A stretch of 64,000 nucleotides of DNA from the NCBI GenBank assembly GCA_043228905.1, contig JBHGNT010000008.1, forward strand, positions 8,804,001 through 8,868,000. The letters run 5' to 3'. The translations under genes were made by a program, and so were the position numbers. The stretch is from Azolla caroliniana. Its lineage: Eukaryota > Plantae > Polypodiophyta. Shown piece after piece: positions 1 through 12,951 of the stretch. Under the pieces are notes generated by a model. It worked only from the letters and a program-made list of their open reading frames with translations, made no database searches and was not told the origin of the DNA. Within the stretch, counting starts at the first letter, position 1. Each line of letters opens with the position of its first letter.

Positions 1-3000
1 TCTAAATCTCCATGGAGGAAGGCCGTTTTTACATCTAGCTGGGTCAGCTCCAAGTTCTCGATTGCCACTACGCTGAGTAGAAATCTCAGGGTCGTCATTT
101 TCACCACTGGTGAAAAGATCTTGTCGAAATCGACGCCATATTCCTGTCGAAACCCTTTCGCAAATAATCTAGCCTTGAATTTTGGGATGGCCGAATCGGA
201 AGTCTCTTTTAATTTGTAGACCCACTTGCATGGAAGAGCACGTCGATTCTTCGGTAATTCGACCAAGTTCCAAGTTTTGTTTGCCCGAATGGAGTTCATT
301 TCCGACTCCATCGCCAGATGCCATGTGGTCGAATTGGCTGATGCCGATGCTTCTTCGTATGATGTCGGTTCTCTAGTGTTCGTAAAGAAGATTCCTAGAG
401 AGTACCTTTTGGGGGGTTGGGACAGTCGCTCGGATCTTCGAGGTATGACAGGACTGGTTGCATTGGATATCGGAGTTGGATGGTCGAAAGCCGAATCGTT
501 TGGCTATGCCACGTCGATCGGTGCCGAGTCGGTGCTAGAGGATTCGGCTACCCGTGAAGCTGACCTCGTATTATGGACCGGGCCTTCGTGAAGGGCTGGT
601 GCATCTGAAAAGGTTACCCTTCGGACTTCAATAGCCCTTTCGGCCGTCTTGTGCATAGCCGACTCATTGAACACTACGTCCGAACTTCGGACGATCTGTC
701 TGTGCTCAGGGTCCTAGACTGGTATCCGAATTCGTCATCTGGTCCATAGCCAAGGAAAATACATTTCCTGGACCTTGGTTCTAATTTTCGGCGATCGTCT
801 TTGGGGATGTATCCGGTTCTAGATAAATGCGTTATGCCGGCCTTGCTGAGGTGTCTGAGTCATCCATGCCATAGTGAAGACATTGGAATATCAACCAGGA
901 ACAAGTCACCCTCTCTGAATGTGACGTAGAATGGGTACAAAGAATGTACTTTCGGTCCTCGAGCAAGCCGGAGGTTCCCCCTGTGGAGTGTCCACCCCTT
1001 GATGAGAAGCCGACACGCATTCTGTCTTCGTCCAATTGTCCGACTGAGATCAAAGGTATGTAGAGCTCAGGTACATGTCAGACATTGTGTAGTACTAAAG
1101 TAGAACTACCTGGGAGGTTGAGTTCTACAGTGCCGATTCCGATAATGGCGCGGTGTTGTGAATTTCTGACTCGTACTGAGTCGGAGTGTCGGGCCGAATA
1201 TTGCCGAAACTAGGATTTGTGAGGGGTCACATGATAGGACGCACCCGAATCCAAGAGCCATGTGCTCGATTCCTCAGTTGTAAGCAGAACTTCTGATTCA
1301 ACTAGGTTTTCAATGGATAGTATGTTCGAGTTGGTCGACCGTACTTTGGCTGAAGAGCCGACGTAATTGACCTCCTCATGCCGGCCACTCTTTTGATCTG
1401 CTCGTTGAGGCTTATCATTCTTCGCTTTGAGTGCAGGGCAATCGGCTTTGATGTGCCTGGGTTTCTTGCAGTAGTTGCAGATTCGGTTGTCTCGGGACTT
1501 GCTCCGACTTCGCCGATTGTTTGGTGGTCGGGAGGAACTTCTTCCTCAACTGTTTGATTGGTCGGTTGAACCTTGTACTACATAAGCTTCATTTGTTGAG
1601 TCTTTTGCAAACGATTTCCTCCGAGCTGCTTCAATAAGTATTGCGCTCGTAACTTCGGAGTACTTCACAGCGGCAGTAGAAATGTTGCACATTGTTGTGA
1701 CGAAAGTTTCCCATGAAGGGGGAAGACTACTCATGAGCAACATTGCTCTTGTTCATCCTCAATTGTCTGGGAGCTTAAGCTTTTGTACTCATTCAGGTGT
1801 GCCTGGACCAAGTCAGATTCTTTCATCCGCAAGTTGTAGAGGCGCCGAATCAAATATATCTTTGTGGCAGCAGCCTCCTTCTCATAAGTGTCTGACAATG
1901 TCTTCCATAGCTGAAAGGCTGTCAAACACGACTGCACTGTGAAGTACTTTGACTCCGATAGGTGCATCTGAATGGTGGCTTGGACAATTCTATCGAGTTT
2001 CGTCCACTTATTCGGCTTGACTCCTTCTGGAGGGTTTTCATTTTCGATTGGATCTATCTGACCCTTGACTATTAGATAGTCTTGCATTTGCTCCTTCCAG
2101 AAGTTGAAGTTCGATCCGTCGAACTTCCTTAGACTCATCTTTGATGAGCCAGATGTTGATGCCATCTGTGTCGGCTTGTTAGACTCTGTTCGGAGTTGAC
2201 TACAAATGGTGGTGGGATGCGGCTGACTGGCTCACCCGATATAGTTCTACTCGGGTTCGAACATGAGTCAAATCGATTTCGACTTAGCCGATTCTGTCCG
2301 AAGTGGTTACAGTTGATTGACTTAGGCGAATTAGACACGAATGCGCCGATTATCCGGTCGGATTTCGAATGTCGATTTCAAGAAAATACCAATAACAGAT
2401 TATATGCCAGTTATCCAGACTAATCCTGCTTCGAATGACTATAACGATAAGAGGGACAGAATCGATTGGTCCTCCCGAATGTTGTCTAGTCGAATGAAGC
2501 ACGGATAGGGGTTGTTCCTAGGAAAGGATCTACTTTGAGTGATTACGACAAGCAATTAGATTGTGTCTAACCTGGTAAAGCACGATCTCGAAGGCCGATT
2601 TGATGGAGATTCCACTCCTAGCGGCTCCAATGACAGAGGCAAGGTACAACCGACTGACTTACCTTAAGAGTGATCTGGCAAAGTAGAGTGCGAATCTTCA
2701 GTTTTCTTTCTCTTCTCTAGATGAGATCTTGAACTCAGGTTTCTTTACGGGAGACGAAGCAAGAATGCTGTTGAAGACTAATGACGGTGTGAGAAAAGCT
2801 GTTAATAGCAGTAGCGGAAGAGTTAGAACAAAATAGACACAATCAAGCTGTGAGAAGGCTGTTAGACAGCAGTAGAAAAATGGTTGCAAAGAGTAGAGAC
2901 ACAGCCAAATAATAGAGCTTGTTTTTAAGTAGCAACCAAAAGTAAAAAATTCTTTACAAAAGAGGCTGGTATAGCCTATTTATACAAAATTGGGGAAAGT

Positions 3001-3923
3001 GGGTGAAATGTTTGTTTGGTAGTAAAGTGGCTCTTGTACTACCAAACAGGTACAAAAAACTAGGAATAAAAGGGAATATCTTGGAAAAAGTAGAAGAGAA
3101 AAAAAGGCATTTAAAGCATTACAAATTCTAAAGAGAGAAGGCATTAAAGGAGTTGCAGATTCTAGAGAGGGAAGAATCTGGGAAGGGAGAGAATATAGTA
3201 CAAAGATAATAAAGATGAAAGAGAGTGCAGGGCTGAAGCTGCCACCCTCCAACAGACGGCAGGCAGCGAGTTGAAGAACCTGGCTTTGATACCAGATGTT
3301 GGGAACTGAGACCACCAGTGCGGAAACATAAACAACACCTTGCTATGAAGATCACCGAGTTAGCATGTGTAAGCAAGATGCAATAGAGAATCTGAGAGAG
3401 AGAGAAAGAAAGAAAGATATATTAACGTCTTTTAACAGGTCAAAATGGCCTATAAGACCAAATAAGAGATTACATTGTAAGTGTTGTTTCGTCTTTGAGA
3501 ACAAATCAAAATAAAATAAATATTACACAGTAAATATAAAAGTAAATAACATGAAAAGAAAAGAAATGAGGTAATCTGGTTTTTGGCACATGTGAGATCC
3601 TCAAGTTAGGTATATTGTAGTTTTTGGCTTCGAAAGATCTCTAGCATAGGTCGATCCAGAATGGAAATGTCTCCGAAGCGAGGGAAGCACCTACAATGGT
3701 GAGAGAGACAGAGAGGCACACAATATAATAGTATTATTCAGAGAATGGTTACAATGCAATGGAAGCGGCAGCTCTCTAACAAAATAACAACAACCTTAAC
3801 AAAGCCCGTTATATACTAACTGGGCTAGGGCAACTGCCTTTTGACATATTTACAAAGATGTCCTAAACCTAGACTATCCAAAGAGACAGTGTGAATACGG
3901 CCATTAGAGACCCGTATTCGACA
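1..3923 (-). mobile_element. Ty1/copia LTR retrotransposon (family A), decayed, 3' part outside window; lies antisense in a presumed CNGC intron
   Basis: Gag start MASTSGSSKMSLRKFDGSNFNFWKEQMQDYL (1731-2165), CCHC knuckle near 1440-1480, RT N-terminus at 1-360. PBS TGGTATCAAAGC (tRNA-iMet type) at 3283-3294, then a TG...CA LTR at 3297-3923. Paralogous to 28067-46434. Confidence 0.9.
3297..3923 (-). repeat. 5' LTR of copia family A element
   Basis: TGTTGGG...GTATTCGACA termini; abuts PBS; right end shared with LTRs 28067-28369 and 46134-46434. Confidence 0.8.
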
Positions 3924-4140
3924 ATGGGAACCTTAATATGATTAATATGTAGCTAACAAAAGGATTGCTAATTAGTTGTTTTTTTAGCTGATGTATTCAA
4001 GAGTATGTCATTTAATAATAAACATTGGAAATTGTGAGATGTCTAAAAATTTTGTAGTCTTGATGCTACTGTTCTCACTATTCGATTTGATAAACGACAT
4101 AAAACATATAGCATTTTGCGTAGCTAATCAGTAGTATGAA

Positions 4141-4588
4141 GGACACTAATTTTTATTTCCATTCCCATGCTTCCACCTGTACTACTTAATCCTCCAAGCT
4201 GACCAAAAGTTGTCAAACGGGCATACCAAAGTTTGAGCCAAGAGGATTAGGTAATACACTATCTGAAATAGATAAACATGGAAATATAAGATAAAGTAAA
4301 TAGTGGTTAGTGTCTTCCGACCTGAATGATCATTAGATATGAACAGATGCGACTATTTCTGATGCTGGTTGGAATACCTGTTTTGAGAGCTAAGTAAGCA
4401 TTTACAAACCATGAAGTTTGTAATCTGATTTGTAAAATAATATAAATGCATTCTTACAGATATCCATTGTACACAATTGTTCCAAGTATATAAGTTAAAG
4501 TTGTATCAGTTCATATCTACTGATCATTCAGATCAGCAGGCACTAACCCCTATTTACGTTATCTATATTTCCATGCTTATCTATTTTT
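4141..4588. repeat. Intronic inverted repeats (MITE-like remnants)
   Basis: 4268-4314 is a near-perfect reverse complement of 4541-4588; GACACTAA at 4142 is inverted relative to TTAGTGTC near 4308-4315. Confidence 0.5.
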
Positions 4589-4665
4589 ACCAATGGTGCA
4601 TTTATGTTTTTACTAAGATGCTTTATTTGTTATCCCTATAAAAAAGAACATAATGGAACATGCAG

Positions 4666-7600
4666 ATAATTATGTGGGTAATTATTCCCAAGGCTTTTGG
4701 AATGACATATGCTGCAACTTTCACCAAGAATCTTCTTCGAGTCATTATCCTTATTCAGTATATACCGAGGATGTCACGTTTTACTCCATTGCTAGCTGGA
4801 AATTCACCAACTGGATTCATCTTTGAAACTGCCCAGGCAAACTTTTTCATCAACTTATTTCTCTTTCTATTAGTGGCTCATGTTGTTGGGTCGTGCTGGT
4901 ACCTTTTTGGTTTACAGGTATTGAGAAATTGTATGATTTGCTGGATTTACGGTAAATTGCTACTTAGGAAGTATAATTTTGGCTACACATATAGCTATCA
5001 TAATATTTTTCATGGATTTTTCCATCTTGGAGCAGCCCCGATGTTGGAGATTTTTTAATGGAAAAAGTTTCAGTATATCTAAGTTTAGAGTCTTAAGTTC
5101 TTTAATATCTAGATTCTTTAGTACCCTATGCTAAGTCTATGGTTTTGGTTTGTTATTCTCAAAGATGAAAAAACATTGTAAAATGTAATCTCTTGTTTGA
5201 TCTTATTGGCCATTTTGGCATTTTAAAAGACGTTAACATAGCTTTCTTTTTGTAACCTTTGTTGGAAATTGTATTATATATTTCTTTTCCATTCGCTTAT
5301 GATAGCATGATTGAGATTTTTTCGTTCAGAATTGTATTTTCTCAGATACCCAAATATGTGTACGTGATGTGTAATACCAAGTTTCATTAAAGACTCTTAT
5401 TTTCACATATGGTATCCATACTTGCAACATCGCACTTGCAAAGACTGATATCTCACAAAATTCTCCAGAGGATATACAATGTAGGTATAAAGTATATATC
5501 CTGAAGGGTCAGGTTGGTAGGTGTAAGTGATGATGTGTATGCATTTCGTGAGGATATGAAGCTACTATGTTAATTAAGTGGCAGAAGGTACTGTATTTTT
5601 TCTTTTAGTTGTGGCAGTATGCAGAGCTCCATTTTATTGTGAATGAAACTTCACAAAGGTGTGGCATTATCCTTCAGCCATAAAGTTTCATTCGCCATCC
5701 ATCAAACACTGAAAGTTAAAAATCCTTCAATTTTCCTGTATAGAAAAAACCATTGAATGCAATGTTATTTGTTTCTGAAACATAAAACAACTATTTCTTC
5801 ATCATGTTTGGATAATTTTTTTGTTTGGTGCATTTTTGCAGAGGGTAAATCAGTGTTTACACAATGCATGCCTGAATTCAACTGCCGCAGTCTGTGACCT
5901 TAAGTTCCTTGATTGTGGTGAAGGGAACAATGTCAATATGCGAATGAACAAAATAAATGAGAAATTGTGGGGTGAATGGAGAGTGAATGCAAATGCAACG
6001 CAATGCTTTTATCAGAATTCGGATGTATTCGTTTTTGGAATCTACAGTACCGCAGTAAATGTAACTGTTTCAACAAACTATGCACAAAAATATGTTTATT
6101 CTCTTTTCTGGGGTTTTCAGGCAAGTTAAAATGTTATTCGTGATGGTTGTGCCCTCTCTAGGAAGAAAAGCAGCATTTTTCATCTAAAATTCTGAATGTG
6201 CTGTAGCAAATCAGCACTCTAGCTGCAAACCAAGTGCCAAGCATGTTTGTTGGGGAGATTCTTTTTGTGCTTGGAATAGTAGTTTTGGGTCTACTGTTGA
6301 CAGTTTTGCTGATTGGGAACATGCAAAACTTTCTCCTCGCTCTAAGCCGAAGGTATGTGATTATTAGTGCATTGCCAAAGATACATTCACTGTGTTATTT
6401 CTCCTTGTGCAAAAACACAGGATGGCGTGTGCTTTATTGAGTGTATGAGTATAATGAGGGGAGTGCTTGGGATGGGGCAAAGGCTGACATTAGTAGGACA
6501 TTGAAGTATTATTGTACGTGCTCCTTCAATAGAAGCCATTCATGTTATCGCAAAGCTACTCAATATTGTCTTTTTCATCCATCAATTCATGTTAACCTGG
6601 GTTTATAATTGTTACAGTAGAAGCATAAAATTATGATCTGAACCCACCTTAAAAAGAAAATCCTCATGTTAAATAATCACATGGAAACCTCTAAAACAGA
6701 TGAAAACATGCTCTACATATGGGATAGAAACATGTTTGTCTAACTTAGAAGACAAACACGATCATTTAAATTTTTTCCTTTTTTGCTCATTTTTACTGAA
6801 TGAATGTGTTTATCTTTGTTATTGAATTCAGTTTTTGAGCATGGACTCTGTATATCATACTTGTCCTTGGGCTTTTTGAAAATTTCAGGGGGGTGGAAAT
6901 GCAGTTAAGAAGACATGATGTAGAAACATGGATGTCAAGGAGAGGATTACCGATAGAGTTTCGCAGGTAGTGAATAATTATATGCTTCGGAAAGTATTTT
7001 TCTATGTCTCGTTTCTTTAAGATTGGGGGTGAGGATGAAAAAATAAATTTCTTGTGTACTTGTTTTTTTGAACACTTTCCTTTTAATTCTTTTCTAGGAA
7101 GGTTCTGGAAGCAGAAAGATTTAGGTGGGCAGCCAATCGAGGTGTAAATGAAGAGGAACTTCTGAAGAGCTTACCAGAAGATATTGAAAAGGAAATCCGC
7201 AAGTCTCTCTGTTTGGACCTCATAAAGAAGGTTAGTTTGTTTTCTTATTTATTTGTAAACTGCATTCTGAATTCCATCATTGTCAATGTTATGATGCATT
7301 AACTCATGTGTTTCATTTTTTAGGTCTTGTTTTTTAAAATTACCATAGAATGGCTTTCTGTAGATTAAATTTGGAGTTTCATGATGTTTTCAGTTACTGA
7401 AACCATAATCATTGTAGCATGACACAAGTTCTATTTTTTTCCATTACTTACTCACAGGTTCGGCTCTTCACTTTCATGGAGCAGCAAGTTCTAGATGCTA
7501 TTTGTGAACGTCTTCGGCAGAATCTCTATATTCAAGGCAGTATAATATTGACGAAGAATAGTCCCATTGAGAAAATGCACGTCTTTATCAAAGGGGATGT

Positions 7601-8479
7601 GGAAGTTGAGGAGAATGGAGTTTTCCAAAAATTGCTACACGGATTTTGTGGAGAGGAGCTACTTATTTGGTGCCTCGAGAATGAATCTAGAAAATTAAGT
7701 ATATAAGCTTATCCTTACTCATGCAACATTATGCTTCCTTTTGTTTTAGTGAATTAATTGAACATTGGTATCTGCATTTTGTAATCAAACTTACCAGAAA
7801 TGATCTACGAGGCCATGGCCCATCACTTTCTTTATGTTGGAAGATATATCAGCGCAATTGAGTTCCAGTAATAACATAGTAGAAAACAATGTGTTGGAAT
7901 CCAACCACAAAATTTGTGGGAGTTTCCGAAATTTAAATAAGTCTCCATAACAAGATTAGTTGTAGTAATCCAAGTCTTTCTTGGATGATCTCATGTTAGG
8001 TATTGATTGTCCAATCATATGTGGTGCCAGGAGGTGGACTGGAGCGGCAATGGCCTATACTGGGACGACATGCCGTGTCAAGCACAACTGTGAGATGTGC
8101 GGGAAATGTGGAAGCATTCTCTCTGACCGCAAAAGATTTGCATGAAGTTATACACTTGTACAACCAGATTCTTCTGAAGAATAAGGTCCAAGGAGCCATA
8201 AGGTGCACACCAAATCCCATGTCTGTCTTATGTGTGTTATCAAACGATACAATATCTTTTGCGCTCCCCTTGCCAGTAAATGGCTATTATATTTGCTTCT
8301 TATGCTATGTGAAAATGAACTGATTTTCTTTGTTACTTGTGTGTTTCTTGTGCTCAAGGTATGAATCCTCATATTTGAGGACACGAGCGGCCACACGCAT
8401 ACAAGTTGCTTGGCGCAAAAGAAAACAGTCCCAACAAAATAGTTTTTCATATGGATGGAGGCCACGTCGTTTGTCTTAA
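4666..8479 (+). CDS. CNGC: Cyclic nucleotide-gated ion channel, group IV-A (CNGC19/20-like), 3' exons only
   Basis: Exons read by eye with consistent phases: 4666-4917, 5842-6120, 6207-6352, 6889-6966, 7098-7230, 7458-7698, 8031-8202, 8359-8479 (TAA). Motifs: AHVVGSCWYLFGLQRVNQCL, pore YSLFWGFQQISTLAANQVPS, LLIGNMQNFL, C-linker RGVNEEELL..LPED, CNBD LDAICERL / FCGEELLIWCL / VEAFSL, IQ motif IQVAWR. Confidence 0.92.
5183..5250 (+). repeat. Short fragment of family-A-like LTR, inverted relative to 3410-3477
   Basis: AATGTAATCTCTT...GGCCATTTTG...AAAAGACGTTAACATAGCTTTCTTT is the approximate reverse complement of 3410-3477. Confidence 0.6.
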
Positions 8480-9949
8480 TGTGAAAGGGAATGCCTTCAT
8501 TTCATGTTGGATATGCAGAGAGGAAACTTTTGCAAGCCGGCAACAAGAGAGAAAGCAACACTTCCCCAACAACATAATTTCTCATATGCACAAGGATACC
8601 TTTATGGTAAATTTCTCATAATTTCCTCCCTTAATGGTAAAGACATGTATTCTAGAAACCGGTAAAACTTGATGTCCTGACCTCTAGCAAGCTTAAACAA
8701 CTATTCTAACCTCTTTGAGGATTGTTGTAAAAGTAAACACATTATACATACATAGACATGATTGCATTGTGTTGTGCTCCAATGTATTATTATGTTAGAT
8801 TTTGTACCATGTAACACATTCTTGACATTGTATATACATAGGTCATTCTTCTTTTTTCTTCATTATGTCAGCTCATCTGTATGAGGTTGTTATAATCTTT
8901 GTTAGCTCAATTTACCATTTACATTGAAAGAAGTATTGAGCTGTGTACACAAAAGAAAAAACTAGCCCACATCAAGAAAGGTGGGTTTATGTCCCAATTC
9001 TACCACATGAACTATACTTAGAAACCCTCAATTTAGGAGAGAATTAAGGTGAAGCCCAAAATATAGTTGGATGAGGAGAACATAGATATGAGAATTGATA
9101 GTGTTTAATTAAGATAAATGCCTTTTGGTATCCTACTTGATGTCATGTGAAAACAACTTTACATGGAAACTGGCCATAAAGCTTGGCTAGGGACTAAAAA
9201 AAGAGAGTATTGTAGCTCTCTCCCCTTCTTCCTCATCAAATTAACCAACAAGAAGAAGGTAATTATAGTTTGAACTAGTTGGCACCATTGGAAGAAGCTA
9301 CCAAGTCTCAAACTTAGCCTTTTGTGGTTTGTGATGGCATCTTTGATCATGATGCCCACCTTCGGTTTTTGCACGAACAGAACGATCTCTAGAACCACTC
9401 CTCCCACTTACTCGATGAAACATTCACTCTACACAAAAGATCAATGAAGGAAAGGGAAAGAAAGAACATAGAGAGTGTAGATTAAGATTAACTATGTATC
9501 AAATAAGGAACAACTAAGAAACACATACAATCATCGTGGCGAGAGAAGGAATTCTCACTCTTAACGACCTACTTCTCCACTAAGACACTACTTGGTGTGA
9601 GGGGGTGATGTGCCCACCTCACTCACACACACATCATTCATCTTCCTCTTTGTACACTCATTTCGCCTAAGGCCCTACACATGAAGGGACCTCCACTTTT
9701 CCCTAAATACCCCCCTTGCACACTGACATGTCTAACACTCACACATACACATTAAAAAGTACATGCTAGTATGCTATGTACATGTTGCCATTAAGTTACT
9801 ATTCCAATGGTTTGTACTCTGTACTTGATATACAAGTTTATGGGTTCAATGCTCATAAATTTTATGTGATAATATTTGAGTTTGGGTCCCAATCTGGGGC
9901 GACGTCGTTCGTAGGCGAGATTGGGTTGGGTGGGTCAAAATGTTACAAT

Positions 9950-10110
9950 ACAAAATGACAACAATACCTCTCCATGAACTAGGTTACAGAGTCACTTATA
10001 TATAATTGAGCTAGGGCAACTGCCCGTTGGTCTAATTATAGAAATGTCCTAAACGTAGTCTGTTTGAGTGGGACAATGTGAATATGGCCATTATACACTG
10101 GTATTCAACA
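9950..10110 (-). repeat. Truncated family-A-like LTR end (U3 side)
   Basis: CTAGGGCAACTGCC...GTGAATATGGCCATTATACACTGGTATTCAACA matches the ends of LTRs at 3923, 28369 and 46434. Confidence 0.7.
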
Positions 10111-10787
10111 ATGTCGACCTACAACATATCAACACGAACCTCTAGACGGCCGACATCTTCACGAAATACTTGGGAACCGACAAGCTTCGGCAATTCATGT
10201 CGGATCTTGGTCTTTCAATCTCCGACTTGCATAGTTTGACGAGGAGTGAGCTTGAGCCAAACGCAAAATGAGCTGACATCATCATCAAACTGGACTCGAC
10301 GGAAGCCGAATGAACAAAGGAAGAAACAGAGTGAGCCAGCCTCCACAACTGAAGCCGGGACCAACTACTGAAGCTAACCTGAACACCAACAAGACAAAAA
10401 GCCGACTTTCTACCAATCAAAAGTTGAGCTTGAAGGGGCGTGTTGAGAATCAAACTTAACTTCCCTAGTGCGGGAACATACCTTAGGAATAGCCAAGTGT
10501 GTGAACCTCCCATCACTTTGTATAATAGAACTTGACTTTTATGACACATAATTAGTAGGTAGGTAGTTAAGTCCCCACCTCTTTTCCAAGAGGTAGTAAG
10601 AGAGTGTAGAGAGAAGGTGACCATATAAGCACCTTCTCCCCTCCATTGGAACTGTTGGTCATTGTTATCGTCTTGTGAATACAGTTTTTTGAATTTTTGT
10701 CGATCTTTGTCAACTCTCTCTCTCTCTCTCACACACACATCTCTAACCGGTTTCCGTTACATAGAATCAATCACTTGATTCTTTACA
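10111..10787 (+). mobile_element. Copia (family-B-like) 3' remnant: RNase H tail, PPT and 3' LTR (10441-10787)
   Basis: [32 protein letters not shown], homologous to the reverse complement of 27600-27720. PPT-like TTGAAGGGGCG, then LTR TGTTGAGAAT...GATTCTTTACA with the same termini as 27063-27524. Confidence 0.8.
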
Positions 10788-12951
10788 ATTTTATTATATT
10801 TAAAGAGCAATTCTAACCTTGCCTTCCATATTCGGTAACTTGTATATGAGAAATTGTCGATTGTAAATATTGGCATGTTCAATTGCGATAATGTCATGGA
10901 TTGTGCCATTATTGCAGAGGGTTGTCTGGATCAACGCTCGACAAACACAAACTCGATTTTTGACATTAGAAATATGATTGTTTATTACATGGGCATAAAA
11001 GTTAAATTATGATTGTTTCAAACACAAACTCAATTTTCGTTATTTGTCGATTTTTGACAGTACTAATATGATTGTTTTTGAATGGGCATAAAGGTTAAAT
11101 TATGATATGGAGGCATATGTTTTGAGATTTTAGAAAGGCATAGGGTTTAGGTTATAGGTTGTTGGCTCTCATACCATACCATGTAGAAAGAGAGAGAGAG
11201 AGAGAGAGAGATTTTGATAGCTAGTCGAAGGGAAGATCTAATCGGACCAAAATTGCTAGTTAGATAAGGTCTCTCTCTGGTCGAGCAAATGCTTAGGTTC
11301 GACAACTGTCTCTACTCGAGCGAATTCTGTAGTGGGAACAGAAATTTCGAGGCAGAAAACGGCTTTTTGTTTCGAAATAATTCTAGTCTTGAGTAAAAAC
11401 CTAGTGAAACAAATTCCGGTGACAAGAGGTGTCTGTCGAATAAAGGCCCCCATTGCCGAAGAAAGTTTTGGATGGTTGTAGAGCAGAACAGAGCGAGGTG
11501 GGATGCGTAACGATAGAGAAAAGCGATTGCGGGAGTAGAGCAAATGGTAGATGGAGGGAATGGTGGAGCAGCGATGGCGGAATAGTGGTGGAGAGAGTGG
11601 TGCAGAGCGTGTAGAGAGTGAGCGATGGCGAAGTAGAAGGATTGGGGAAAGCAAGGAAGTAGAGAGCGGGAAAAAGTGTGAGAGAGAGAGAGAGAGAGAG
11701 AGAGTCCTGGAGGGTTTAGTGTGGGGTTCTAGAGGTACTGGAGGCCTTGGGTATTGGGTTCGCCGAGGATTTTTTAAGTTTGGAGGTGGTACCCAGAATT
11801 TGGTTAGCTAGCTCCTTCGTGCCAACCTTGTGCTTTGGTTAAAGCTTTTGCGGACTCATCACCTCATGTTTTGACCTTTCTGGGGGTCGTTCGACGATTG
11901 TGCTTGCCAAGGTCTAAGGTTGTTTGGTAGGTATTTGTGTCTCTTTGATTGGAGTTGATGCGAGTGTTAGGTGGGGGGGTTGAGTGTGGGAGGTGTTGGG
12001 GAACTGTGTATGTTGCGCAAGGGCAAGTAGGGGTGTGCATGTGCCTGTGTTTGGGCACCCAAAACTAGGTAGTCCTTTTGTGCCATCCTTTTGCTTTGGT
12101 AAGGGCTTTACGCACCCTCCATGTCGTTTTTTGACCTATTCAAGGTCATTCACAAAGATCTCATGAATATTGACCCACTCATGAGAGTTGGCATTTGTGG
12201 ATTTGCTTGGGTCGGTTGTCAATTTTGATGTAGATGGGGTGTTGGGCCGTCGGCCGTTAAGGTGCTAAGAGGTTTGAGTCGGTTCGAGCTTGGATGGGTA
12301 GCTTGAGGACATGGTGGCAGTCAAATGTGCAGTGATAATCATTTGTTCCACACACAGGCCAATCGGGGTGGGGAAGTGAATTGTATTCATGCTTGGAGAT
12401 ATTAAACATTGGCTGGTATGACACCAATCCAGGCCTTGAAGGCATGATGACGTATTCAACACGAGCTTCAATGGCATGTGTCATGTTATACTTCGTCTTG
12501 ATTTGGCAAGTCAATAGCCCAAGGTAGCATGTTGTGGACCCCTCAAACCCATGGAAGATGTCGTTGCATTAATCTAGGTCATGGAACCCTAAGTGTTCCC
12601 ACATGTTAGAGGAGTGTTGATGAAGGGCCATTGTCCACTATCATTGTTAAGGTCGATTCGTTGATATGCATGGTAGATCAAACATTAGGGTTTTAGACCT
12701 CTTCAATGTCATGATGGTGATTGGGTGGGGCTCTCCTTGTCTTTTCAACTTTGACTGCGTGTTGTGGAGGTTCGTTTCTAATTGAGCCATGATGCCTTTA
12801 ATTTGGATTCCATATCGTGTTGCCTGCCAGTTTAAGATTTCTCTCGTTCATGAACCCTGGGATGTCAGTTTAGTCAAGCATACGTAATTGACATGCCTCA
12901 ATCTTTGTGATTGTGGCAGCAATATAAATGTCAAAAATATGCGGAATTATC

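Noticed and set aside
9000-9950. Possible old retroelement/LTR debris downstream of the CNGC
   Set aside because: No boundaries, TSD or protein motif could be fixed with confidence.
11160-12928. PBS-like GCTCTCATACCA and GA-rich, degenerate repeat-like DNA
   Set aside because: Probably TE-derived but too decayed to assign; the ORFs are low-complexity.
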